Positions 13,701-25,632 of a stretch of 64,000 bases of DNA are shown here, piece after piece. The notes below the pieces were generated by a model, which saw nothing but the letters and a program-made list of their open reading frames with translations, made no database searches and was not told the origin of the DNA. Every line of letters begins with the position of its first letter. Position 1 is the stretch's first letter. The DNA comes from Eledone cirrhosa. Its lineage: Eukaryota. The stretch lies in contig OZ024744.1 of assembly GCA_964016885.1 (NCBI GenBank), positions 101,308,001-101,372,000 on the forward strand, given 5' to 3'. The translations under genes were made by a program, and so were the position numbers.

Positions 13701-16013
13701 GACAATTCCTGCCTTAAGTGATAGCTATGGCATAGAAGGCAACAGGTTTCTCAGAGACAACCTGCTGCTAACCACTGACAAGATCTTTGAGTGGAATAAA
13801 GTACCAGTTAGGCAAAAGGTAAATAGTATTGTAGATAAGCCATGAAATTTAGATAGGTCTGAGAGGACTGGAAGAAAAGTGGTAACAGAAAACAATACCT
13901 GGTGGGTGGAAGAGAAGCTGAATGACATATTTAAATAGTACGTAAAGAAAGTAAGAGGTTTGCCAATGTGAGGATCAGAGGCAAAAGGTATTCCAGATTG
14001 CAAGGCAGTGTGAATCGAGGAATTATTGGAAAAAAGTGTAATTAGCCAACTAAAGCTTAGAAGAAAGTCATGGAAAAGTTATTATGAGAGGTTACTAAAT
14101 GCAAAGAACTACAAGGCAAATGTGATACTCTAGAAAAGGGCATTTAATTATCAAAGTAATAAACTGATGGATCAAGTTATGAAAGTAAGTTTCAGCACAA
14201 CTGATTAAGAATAGAATTAGATTAGAAAAAAATGCAGTTTGATTTGTCCCAGGATGGGAAAAAACTGATGGACTCTTTCTATTCAGACAACTGCAAAAAG
14301 TTTCTAGCCAAGAGTAAACCACCATAGCTAACATTCATTGATCTGGAGAAGGCCATTGACAGAATATCACACACTAAAGTCTGGTGGGTCAGAATATCAC
14401 ACACTGAAATCTGGTGGGTCAGAATATCACACACTGAAGTCTGGCAGGCCTTTAGAAAACTAGACATGATGAATGGTTTGTGAGAGTGGTACAAGCCAGA
14501 GTTGGCAATAATTTCAGTGAAGAATTTAGTGGATAAAAAGCTGTAAATTATTGCTGCAACTGACCAAAAGAAATACCACAAGGCATCATATCTGAAACTT
14601 TAACAATCCACCACCTTGGGCTGGTACTTGATAAACCCCAAAAAAGTAAATGGCAAAGTTGATCACTGCTAGATTTTAACTCAAAGCACACAGAGTCAAA
14701 ACAAATACAGCCATGTAGTTTAATCTGAAACTAACAATTTGCAGCCTTCACACCTAGCAACCATGCTCCTTATTTCCATCTTTAATTAGGCTTGAGATGG
14801 GACAAAATGACACTATAAAAGCACTCAAACAATACCAACATAAAATAGAGTGGACTTCAGTCACATCAAGGACTTGACATCTCAGTGCTGCTACCATAAT
14901 AAAATGCATCCAGTATACTCTACAAAGTAGTTGGTCAGAGGAAATGTCTTCTACATACATATTCACACATGCATGAAATAATTATTTTTATATCTGTAAA
15001 GTGACTGCTATTAGGAAAGGCATCCAGCAGTAGAAACCATGTGAGAAGGACAGACAACATGACTCGTTTAGTGCTGGTACCACAATAAATTGCACCCAAG
15101 TAGACTGCAAAGTGATTGGCATAGAAAAGGCATCCAGCTATTGAAACCATGTTAAAATGAACTGAGTAAGATGTAGTTACCCAACATATTTAGAGCAGTA
15201 ACTATGATAAAGTTATCAACTTGATCAGTAAACAAGCTATCCAATGTATGCCAGCATAGGAAAAAATGGACATAAAATAGCAGTGAAGTGCCTCATGCAA
15301 GCGTTTCTCATTTAACGATCCTGTGAGTGCACAGGTGAAGCTCCAGAGTAACAAGGCTCACCACTTAGCCATTAAATGAATATTTAAACTCTACTTCAGT
15401 ACTGAGTACTTTTTCTCACATCTGTCAATAATACACAGATATATTTTTAAACACATATTCCTGGCCTTTGTATTTCTTCAAGAGAGAATGGATTCATACT
15501 TGGAAGCTCATCCCTAATTTACAATGGTTTCTTTAAGGTAGAGCTGCAATAGTTGATACAGTGTCATTGTTGGCATTGCCATAACAAATCCTACTAATTT
15601 TGTCCAATCAATGCCAGCATGGGAAAAGCAAACACAAAAATGTATACATAAGTGTGTGTATATATATATACATACACATCATTGTTTTTAAGTCCACTTT
15701 CCCATGCTAACATGGGATGGATGGAATTTAGCAAGAATACGGTGTACTTATGTTAAAAACCACTATACAAAAGGTTTACAGTTAATATATACATATAGAT
15801 ATATGCATCCTAATCCAAACATAAATTTCAATGTAGAAGTCAATGTTTCAAGTCCATAATACATCTTTCTGAAACTAAAAGTTGACTTATTGGGCAGGGA
15901 TAAAATACAAATACTGCTGAGTGGTGAACAAGGAGAGCAGAGTAGCTAACAACCAATCTACATCTCTTGTTGCAACACCAACATGTTGCTACTATTTAAC
16001 AGACACACACACA

Positions 16014-16096
<83 letters not shown>

Positions 16097-19000
16097 AATG
16101 GCAAAAGAAAAACAGAAGAGAGACAGTAGAAGAAACAAAAATAAAAATGGAAGGAAGCAAATAGAGACAAACACAGAGCACTGTGCAGTGTTGCCAACAC
16201 CTACCACTTCAGTTAAATATATCTGTTTTTTCTAGAACTATTATGTAACACATGTAATAGAATAATAAACATCAGAGAACATCACATGCATTATAAGCTA
16301 TAACTACAATCAAACTTACAAAAAGAAAAAACATCTACAAACCCCTCAGTTGTGTTAATTTTTCAAGTCCTTGACTTTTAGAAACCCCGAATCTTGAAGA
16401 ATTCTGCCGTTTGTCTTTTTTTATGCCTGCAGGACCTGAGTATTTTATTTTATTTTTGTTAGAGCATGCAATTTTAAAAATCAAAACCATAAAACTGAAG
16501 TAGGATACACATAGCATGTATATATCCTTGTTCCAGTTGTCTCTTATAAAAAAAAGATCAAAATTTGATCTGTTTTTTTGCATTCATTTTTGTATTATAG
16601 GCATGCATTGCACCATGCAGGAAATGGCATTATATACACATATATACAGGAAATGTTCATATGGCTTTCCACCTAAAAAGTTCCTCTCCAAGGCACAAGC
16701 CTGGACAAGGTATGTTGCGGAAGACTAGCAGTTACTCATACATTTATGTTCTCCTTCTCAATGCCTTAATGTAGTTAAAGGAAAAGGCAATTGTTGATAC
16801 AGCTTGGCACCAGTGCCATCACAACTCATTTCTTCTATGAGTGGATTGGAGCAATAGGATATAAATGATTTGCTCAAAGGTATGTGTAGTTCAGTCCAGG
16901 TATTGAACTCACAACTTTTTGATTGTGAGACTAGCACCCTAAAGACTAAGCCAGATGCATTCTTTCACACACCCAGATGTTCTAAATTATTTCTATAATA
17001 GCTTAGTCAGAGTAGGAAGGGTAGCAAGTAATCCTTTTACATTGCCTTTGAGATTCCTGACAGAGTAGATAAATGTTATCCTTTAGCAGGGACCTGGCAA
17101 CATAGCAACCTCTACTAAAGGCACTTAAGAACTAGTATTCCAGTTGTTTGATGAAATGAACTAGCTACATATTATATTAGTGTTTAAGTGGTTACATATT
17201 CCAAAGATACATGAACTCTTAATAACCTGACAGATTCACCATGCATAACTATATTATAAAACTTCTTTGAATTACAGATACAGTGTCTGTGAAATATACT
17301 TCTTAACCACCCAGTAAATAAATATATACAAAAAAATAAAAATAAAAAATAAAAAATGCACATATCCACAACAATATATATATATATAGTATAAACATAC
17401 CAATACATACATGCACACATATTTATGTGTGCATGTATAGATGCACACACAAACAATATTTTTTTTTTTCATGTCTTCAAACCCTCAAAACACAAATTAA
17501 AAAGAAAACTTAAAATTACCGGATATGAAGGACTTATTGCAGATGGAGACACTGATGATAAAGGCGGAGATGGCGTAGGATTAGTACTCGTTGGCCCAGT
17601 GCTTCGGTTCACATTTGGAACAAATGATGTTGCTACAACATCCACTCTATTAGGTCGCACGTTCACTGATGGAGGAGGAGGCGTAGTGCGAGGTGGTAAT
17701 GAAGCAGACATGGATAATCTCTGCAAAGGAGTTCCTGGAGAAATCCCATATGGATCAGGAAGCTGTGCTCCTGGCAACCGTTGACCAGAATTTAGTAGAG
17801 GTCCATCTAAAGAAACAATATTAATAGAAAAGCCAAATAAATTTCAAGAAAAAATGTAAACTTAACAATAAACAAAATCTTTGAAAGACATTCTAGCAGA
17901 TACATTTAGTTGATTCAAGATATTTGCAAATAATTTGAGAAATTAATAGATTTTAAAGCATCAAACTTACTTGGTTGACCTGTAGGTCGCATTGGTATAT
18001 TAGGTTGATTAGCTTGACCTGGCTGAATTGCTAACTGTCTCTTCATTCTTTTTTCTTCAAGTTCCTTTTGTATTTTATAAATTTTCTCAGCTAATAAATG
18101 ATAATATTCCTCCTGGTAACAAACAGAAAAGAAATCATTAAAGTTTCTTTGAATATTTAACCCATATGATTAATACAACTATTTTCAAATGATTCTAAAA
18201 ATGAAAACGTAGTAATTACTTACAAAACTATAAAAGTTCATTTCTTCTATAAAAATAATGTTTTTTTAAAACGTTTATACAATTTCAATAATATTTTGTA
18301 ATTAATATCATTTTGGGACAAATTCATGTCAACTGTCAGGATTATAGAATATAAATTTTATGTATGGAATGCTTACTCGATCATTGGCAGTTTCATACAT
18401 ATCACCTTCAACCTTTTTCGCATAATCGACTAGATTTTTCATCCTTCTATCTTTATAAGCTGCAGGGTCAGGAGTTGGAAATATTGCATGAACTCTGAAA
18501 AAAATTAGTTATTACAAAACTTAGTTACAAAATTAATTTCAAACATATAAGTAATGTTTAGTTACAAGCAATGGTTCTTCTAAAGTGTATGAGTACACCA
18601 CCACACAGTTGCAATATTGGTACCACACAAATCCAAAATCTTGCTGCTTAGTAGCTTTAAATTTAAAATATTTTTGCTTAAAGCACCAAGTTAGAAAAAT
18701 TTAGAAGGAATATTAGTTACCAATGTAGGCTAATCAAAATCTACTCTCACAACAAATTCAAATAATTGTAAATTTTTTTTATTATAAGACCTGTCCCCGA
18801 GACAGGTGTTATGGAGTTCTTGGGTGGGAAAACCACACAAAACAATTTAGTGGTTTTGAAGATTATATTCATTCAAAACACAAAAAGTCATAAGAAAAAC
18901 ATATTTCCCCATTAAAATTCTAACCAAACCTATAAATTAACTACCCTCAAAATTAAAAATACATTTACTATTATACCCATCTCAGACATGGGTGTAATAG

Positions 19001-20643
19001 TAAAATTTTACCAAAATAATATATAATACTTACAATCTATGAACTAGGTGATTTCGTAAATCTTGGGTGACACAATGATGCCATTTCTTAGATCCTCTGT
19101 TTGTTTGACTCAAAGCTTGTACATTACCGCCACTGGCTGCGACTGCACTGGAAACACCAGTGAAGGAAACTGGAGGTTGTGTTCTTTGTAACATGTCTTG
19201 CCTGGGGGCATTTTGGCTGTTAGGATTTAGTTGTGCAGACATCATTCCAGGTGGATTCTGCACTTGGCCTGTATAAATAAAAATCCTTTTTAAGTATGCA
19301 TATTTCAAAGATATTTGAAAGACATAAAAATGAATTGAAAGTTATCATTTACCTTGAGGAGTTGAAATTGATGGCCGAATAGGAGGAACAGCATTGCTGC
19401 CAGCGCCTTGCTTGTTATACGGCAAACCCAAAGCATCGTAAGCCCTCTGCATATCTCTAGCACCAGGGGACTGGGTGCTAACAGGAACTGTTGAAGTTGT
19501 TTGTACAACTAAAATAAAATAAATGAATATTAACAACAAATCTATAATTTAACAGCAGGTCATGAATAAAAGAAAATGAAATTATTCAAATAGTCTAAAT
19601 AAAAAAAAATCATTACCTCCTGGGCCTCTTTTATCAGAAACATGCTTCAGAGGTAAGCAGACAGGACAGTCACCTCGTGTACAATTCTTCCAATGAGTTA
19701 TAATTTGACGAGAGGATGCACAGTGGGCAACTAGTAGGAAATTGAAATTTTATATAAATAAACAGAGAAATGATTTCAAAACATATCAGGACCCCACTAG
19801 AATTATCACAATATTAAGGACATAAATTAAAGCAAAAAAAATTTCCATTTAAAATTAATTAATGGAATTAAAGTAAATACTTGTATTAGAATATAAAGTG
19901 TTATTTAAACGTGAGATTGCAATCGTTAAACTTATGAAGATGGTAAATCAATCCAAATATAACATGTTAATTTTTTTTAATTGAATTTAAAACGCTTAAA
20001 ATTCCCATTAAAATATAGAAATAATTAAAAAGTAAGAAACGTGGGATTAATTACCAAGACAAGATTTTCCAGCATTGCAAGTCGTCATGTGATTAAGAAC
20101 ACTTTTCATTGTTTTACAATGAGGAAGTGTACATGAAGCAATTTCACCATTGGTTTGTTCTCGTCTTTGGCATTTATGTGCATGAAGTAGTAAAACCAGC
20201 TGCTGCTGAATGAGCTTTCGTTTCTCAGGATCTGCTGTAGGAGGTTGCTGACCGGTCGCTCCTTGTTGACCAGTCTACACATATAAACATATTTTCTTAT
20301 AGAGAGAATATCTAATTTGACTAATAACGTACATCAATCACATACACAATGTCCGTAAATAAAGATGGGAAATACAGCTAAGAAATCAGACCAACAGATT
20401 ACATACACACTGCATATATGCAGTCATTTATCAACATACACCCACATCCGTATAGAAAAATAATTTAAGCAGATAAATTTACACTACAACTCAAAACAAA
20501 AAAACACTCATACATACATTTGCATCTAAAGCATACATATAGATTTATAAGATATTACATACACAAATGTGCATCCATGACAAAATGTAGCAATTCTTAG
20601 TAATAACAACTTCGCGTCGTATTTCGTTCTCAGCATAAACTCG

Positions 20644-20700
<57 letters not shown>

Positions 20701-21229
20701 TTCTACATAAATACATATATATACACACACACACACACACGCGCGAAACTTGAGTGACAGATATCAAAATTAATATATATATATAAAGACACAGAACTTG
20801 AGTAACAAAAATCAAAATTAATATACACACACACACACACTATATATATATATATATACACACACACAACATAAAAAGAATATATATATATGAAACTCCC
20901 GAGTAACAAGACTCAAAATGAATATATACACACATATATACAACATACAAATATATATACATCATATATAAATCATATATGTACAGTATATATATACACA
21001 CACAACATACAAATATATATACATCATATATGTACAATATATATATATACACACACACAACATACAAATATATATACATCATATATAAATCATATATGTA
21101 CAATATATATATACACACACACACACAACATACAAATATATATACATCATATATAAATCATATGTACAATATATATATATACACATACAACATACAAATA
21201 TATATACATCATATATAAATCATATATGT

Positions 21230-21265
<36 letters not shown>

Positions 21266-22464
21266 ATACATATACATCATATATACACAATACATATACA
21301 TCATATATACACAATACATATACATCATATATACACAATACATATACATCATATATACACAATACATATACATCATATATACACTACATATACATCATAT
21401 ATACACTACACATACATCATATATACACTACATATACATCATATATACACAATACATATATACATCATATATACACAATATATATAATCATATATACACA
21501 ATATATATAATCATATATACACAATATATGTACAATATATATACACATCCTATATACACAATATATGTACAATATATATACATCCTATATACACAATATA
21601 TGTACAATATATATACATCCTATATACACAATATATGTACAATATATATACATCCTATATACACAATATATGTACAATATATATACATACTATATACACA
21701 ATATATGTACAATATATATACATACTATATACACAATATATGTACAATATATATACATACTATATACACAATATATGTACAATATATATACATACTATAT
21801 ACACAATATATGTACAATATATATACATACTATATACACAATATATATACATACTATATACACAATATATATATACATCCTATATACACTATATATATAT
21901 ACATCCTATATACACTATATATATATACATCCTATATACACTATATATATATACATCCTATATACACTATATATATATACATCCTATATACACTATATAT
22001 ATATATACATCCTATATACACAATATATATATATACATCCTATATACACTATATATATATACATACTATATACACTATATATATATATACATCCTATATA
22101 CACAATATATATATATACATCCTATATACACAATATATATATACATCCTATATACACAATATATATATACATCCTATATACACAATATATATATACATCC
22201 TATATACACAATATATATATACATCCTATATACACAATATATATATACATCCTATATACACAATATATATATACATCCTATATACACATATATACATAAT
22301 ATATATACACAATATATATACACTATATATATATATACACAATATATATATATTCACATATATATGAAACTCCAGAGTAACAAGACAAAATGAATATATA
22401 TAAACTATACACACACTCACACATATATATATATATATATATATACATATATACAGACACACAC

Positions 22465-22530
<66 letters not shown>

Positions 22531-23057
22531 TGTATATACAAATATACATACACAAAAATAGACAAAGTATACATGTTTACAAACAAGAAAAATGTAATAA
22601 TATACAGTTACATTCATATGCCTTCACATACATAATATAGAGATGTCATAAGTCGTATATTTATAGAGAGATTTACATGCAAATTTGAGAAAAATAAAGC
22701 AAGAGGATTTCACTTTAATGAGAAAATAAAAACTGTTGGAAAGGAGATGTTAAATTGCATATTTTCTACAGATATTTTAATTTTACTAACGCAATAAGAG
22801 AGATTGAAATTGGTGAATGAATGCAACAAGTTAAATGGCAGTTGATAAAAGGAATAGTGCTACTGTCTGTGATTGACACACACAACACATTCCAACCGTA
22901 GTCCATCACAGTGTGGAACTATCACCGTTTTTATAAACCATTCAAGCACTGAACAACAAGTCTAGAAAAACCAAGCTCTAAATACTCAAATTTTCTAATG
23001 TTGTCAGTACCAACAAAAAACATTTGTAAAATATTAAATTATCAGATCTACACCTAG

Positions 23058-23104
<47 letters not shown>

Positions 23105-24038
23105 TATAATGTGTGTGTGTGTGCTAGCAGGGAAAACGGACATTAAATGATATATAGTGGCAGCTTCACACACACAAGTATATATCATGATGATATATAT
23201 ATATGTATATATTGTGTGTGTGTGGTGTGTAAAAGCTGACATTAAAGTGTGAAAAATAATAAAAATTGTAAAGTGCTCAATATTTTAATTACACAGATGA
23301 GACACCAATCCAGTCATTTGTAATGGCTTTATTATAAAGAAAACCACACTCACTACACAATATCTAATATTTGTCAAAGATCTCAATTGTGTAAAATCAA
23401 AACAAAGACGAAAGCAATGTCAGTATCCAAAAGAAATATTTTTTTATGTAATTATGTATGAAGATTATATAAGTATTTCTAGACGGTTAAATCCATTGTA
23501 AATGATTTTGAATAGGATTTACTGCAATTTATAGAATTTTATATAGTCGTATTGAGCACATAAAGAGAGGAAGTGAAAATTTAACTAAAAGCATACGTAA
23601 GACAATAACACAGTTGGTTTTAGTTGGAAATAACTACAGTTTAATAAACAAATAGATCGTAATGACTATTATGTTACACGCTAGAAAGTGATATATAATA
23701 AGAAAGGACAATGAAAAATTGTCAATTTATAAATTTAATTTTGGATAATTGTATTGTAAATGACGAAAGGAAAAAGATGCAAGGCAACAATGTTTAGAGA
23801 TTGTTGGTAGCAGAATCGTTGAAAATAATGATCTCATTACAGTAACAAATTAGATGTTTTCTCTACAAATGGTCGAGATCGGATATAATCTGGGGAGCGT
23901 GAACGATCCAAGCTTAAATGTTGTCGGGCATTATTATACTCTAGACATACACCATCATCGTAAGCAGCAGTCTGTGGGTGTGTACGTCAGTGTAAAAATA
24001 TAAACAATAACAATAAAATAATAAGCTACCGTCTCAAC

Positions 24039-24077
<39 letters not shown>

Positions 24078-25632
24078 TATATTATATATATAAACAAAAG
24101 TGTTAATACAGTATCAGTGCTAACGAAGAAGCACAATGACCACAACACAACAGTACCTACTACATTTGAGAAGTAAGAGAAAGGTAAACATTATAAGCAT
24201 TAACGGAAGGAAATCAATTTTTCAGCAATCATTAATTTTAAAATTAAAGAACTGCATAAATATATATATATATATTATATTATATTTTTTTTTTTTAGTA
24301 AAGCAATATTATGGAGAGGTGTATATGTGTGTGATGAGATTCAAGTGTGTATAGTGTGAAGACAAAGAAGAAGGGGAAAGGGAACAGACAATAACAGTGC
24401 AATTAAAAGGAAGATGGCTAGAGAGTAGTATTAAGAGGCGTCGACCAGTTTCTGTCCCAAACACAGAAATCAAACAAAAAAAAAAAGCAATCATCGTTAA
24501 CAATAAAATCTATAAATTCGAAAAAAAAAAAAATAAGAGGGTAAATCATACCTTCATCATTGGCGTCTGACCTGCAGCAGTTAATGCTGGGTGTCCAACA
24601 GAATGAGATGGCAACGGTAATTGTGTATTCAATGTATTCGTGCTTATAACATTGTTCTGAGAGATGGCCAGGCCTCCAGCAGCTAAATTGGATGTAGAAT
24701 TCCTTGCTGGCCCTGCTGCCGTCATAGATGAGTAATGTGGTCCGTTTAGAAGTTGACTATGGTGTGGGCTCTGAGAATTACTGACAGTACTTTGAGTTGA
24801 AGCACTTTGTGAAGTTACCGGCTTCATTCCAACTCCTGAAGGTCCTAAGTGGGTGTTGCCAGCAGTATCAATAATAAGATTACCACTAATAACAACATTA
24901 TTACTTGATGAAAACGATGAGTTACTGCTGGTCAATGGTAAGTCGGTACTATGGATTGAGGCTGCTCCCGCTTTGCTTAAGGATCCGTGGGGTGGTGAAG
25001 ACAAATTGCCAGGTAATGGACTTTTTACAGTGTTGTTTATACTCGGACTAGAATTGATGTTAGCAATCATCTGATTTCTATTAGGTGGTCCAGTACCCCC
25101 TTGATTCTGAGGGTTTTGGGGACTAGAAATGCTGTTCCCAGAGTGTGTTGAAACAGAAGTAGGCTGTAGAAGATGAGATAACTGTTGGTGTGGATGCCTC
25201 TGCGAACTGGTATCTTGACCGGATGGAACCTGAGAATCATTTGTTCCATTGTGGGACCCATCACTTGCCGAGTTATTTGTAGACATTAACTCATCTGGTA
25301 GCGCTTCGTTTAAGTCGAATTCAGTCATATATGCATCTGAAAATTTCAAGAGAGAAAGCGATAAGATATCATCAATAAAAGTATGACAGTAAACTATAAA
25401 TTGACAAACAAAACACGCAATCGTTGGCTCGAATGTTTGCAATCATTCTCCAATAAAACATTAAAATAATCGAAATAAAAGACTGAAATTAACAGAATGC
25501 AATCGCAGAGAACAGATAAAAATACAAAGAAATTAAATACTACTACATACCTCCACCGTCACTTGGTAAAGCAGGTGACGCAAGCTTTGGTCTCTTGGCT
25601 GGAGGGCCTTCTACAACCTGGGGGTCGGCCAT
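810..25632 (-). CDS. CREBBP: CREB-binding protein / p300 histone acetyltransferase ortholog, 5' part (15 coding exons; HAT, ZZ, TAZ2 and NCBD lie beyond the left edge)
   Basis: Hand-spliced exons give [17 protein letters not shown]..., TAZ1 ([26 protein letters not shown]), KIX ([14 protein letters not shown]...[22 protein letters not shown]), bromodomain ([33 protein letters not shown]...[18 protein letters not shown]) and RING start. All introns are GT-AG with matching phases. Confidence 0.98.
1506..1663 (-). CDS. CREBBP: CBP exon 14 (bromodomain end / RING start)
   Basis: [53 protein letters not shown]. Confidence 0.97.
1808..1978 (-). CDS. CREBBP: CBP exon 13 (bromodomain)
   Basis: [57 protein letters not shown]. 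Confidence 0.97.
5565..5683 (-). CDS. CREBBP: CBP exon 12 (bromodomain start)
   Basis: [40 protein letters not shown]; GTAAGT donor. Confidence 0.97.
5841..6351 (-). CDS. CREBBP: CBP exon 11 (CRD1-like region with many psi-K-x-E motifs)
   Basis: Open frame [15 protein letters not shown]...PPKSKK directly before the bromodomain; AG/GT bounded. Confidence 0.9.
6547..7152 (-). CDS. CREBBP: CBP exon 10 (Q/P-rich linker)
   Basis: Acceptor TCTCTTTTTCCAG; 606-nt open frame [12 protein letters not shown]...QQQ...GKQLP; donor GTATGT. Confidence 0.87.
9000..10010 (+). mobile_element. Decayed CR1/L2-like LINE reverse transcriptase remnant
   Basis: ATATATCTCGACTTTGCAAAAGCCACAGATAAGG reads [11 protein letters not shown] (RT motif YLDFxKAFD); many stops and frameshifts. 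Confidence 0.6.
10130..10467 (-). mobile_element. tRNA-derived CORE-type SINE with (ATG/ATT)n-like tail, full length, in CBP intron 9
   Basis: A box TGGCTTAGTGG, B box GAGTTCAATTC, CORE-like CCTTGAGCAAGGCACTTT...CAGTTTACTCAGCTGTAGAAATG; near-identical to copies at 43048 and 46464. Confidence 0.88.
11000..11320 (+). mobile_element. Decayed RTE-type LINE 3' end
   Basis: GGGTGACCAAGGAAGACATGA corresponds to GRPRKTW; ends AAAACGATGATGATG. Confidence 0.55.
13600..14550 (+). mobile_element. Decayed RTE-type LINE RT remnant
   Basis: TTCATTGATCTGGAGAAGGCCATTGACAGA reads [10 protein letters not shown]; QFGF-like and RQLQ-like segments upstream; internal ~30-bp triplication at 14359-14445. Confidence 0.6.
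16640..16960 (-). mobile_element. Older, diverged CORE-type SINE
   Basis: Degenerate head (reverse of ATTGAACTCACAAC...CTAAGCCA) and CORE segment TGGAGCAA...TTGCTCAA. Confidence 0.6.
17520..17806 (-). CDS. CREBBP: CBP exon 9 (P/S-rich linker)
   Basis: Phase-compatible open frame [21 protein letters not shown]...SPSYP, AG/GT bounded. Confidence 0.88.
17971..18112 (-). CDS. CREBBP: CBP exon 8 (KIX end)
   Basis: [26 protein letters not shown]...; GTAAGT donor. Confidence 0.96.
18377..18494 (-). CDS. CREBBP: CBP exon 7 (KIX middle)
   Basis: [40 protein letters not shown]; TTTCAG acceptor, GTAAGC donor. Confidence 0.96.
19034..19268 (-). CDS. CREBBP: CBP exon 6 (start of KIX)
   Basis: ...[20 protein letters not shown]; donor TT|GTAAGT. 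Confidence 0.95.
19353..19508 (-). CDS. CREBBP: CBP exon 5
   Basis: Contains [13 protein letters not shown] (conserved CBP motif MQRAYAALGLPY); AG/GT boundaries. Confidence 0.94.
19617..19730 (-). CDS. CREBBP: CBP exon 4 (TAZ1 C-part)
   Basis: [35 protein letters not shown]; AG/GT boundaries. Confidence 0.96.
20055..20274 (-). CDS. CREBBP: CBP exon 3 (TAZ1 N-part)
   Basis: [73 protein letters not shown]; AG/GT boundaries. Confidence 0.96.
20886..22400. repeat. TA-rich compound minisatellite (core ~35 bp TATATGTACAATATATATACATCCTATATACACAA and shorter variants) in CBP intron 2
   Basis: Direct reading; explains the spurious Y/I/T-rich ORFs. Confidence 0.95.
24552..25336 (-). CDS. CREBBP: CBP coding exon 2 (NRID, LxxLL motif LSHLL)
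   Basis: Acceptor TTTTCAG; [12 protein letters not shown] and HQQLSHLL resemble vertebrate FDLENDLPDELI and HKQLSELL; donor AAG|GTATGA. Confidence 0.93.
25551..25632 (-). CDS. CREBBP: CBP coding exon 1 (start codon, [11 protein letters not shown])
   Basis: ATG at 25632; [27 protein letters not shown] matches the CBP/p300 N-terminus; donor G|GTATGT, phase 1. Confidence 0.93.

Noticed and set aside
21528-22393. 244-279 aa Tyr/Ile/Thr-rich ORFs
   Set aside because: Translation of a TA-rich minisatellite, antisense within a CBP intron
25337-25442. ORF-track N-terminal extension of CBP exon 2 (MQTFEPT...)
   Set aside because: Intronic; the true start is exon 1 at 25632, spliced in frame at 25336
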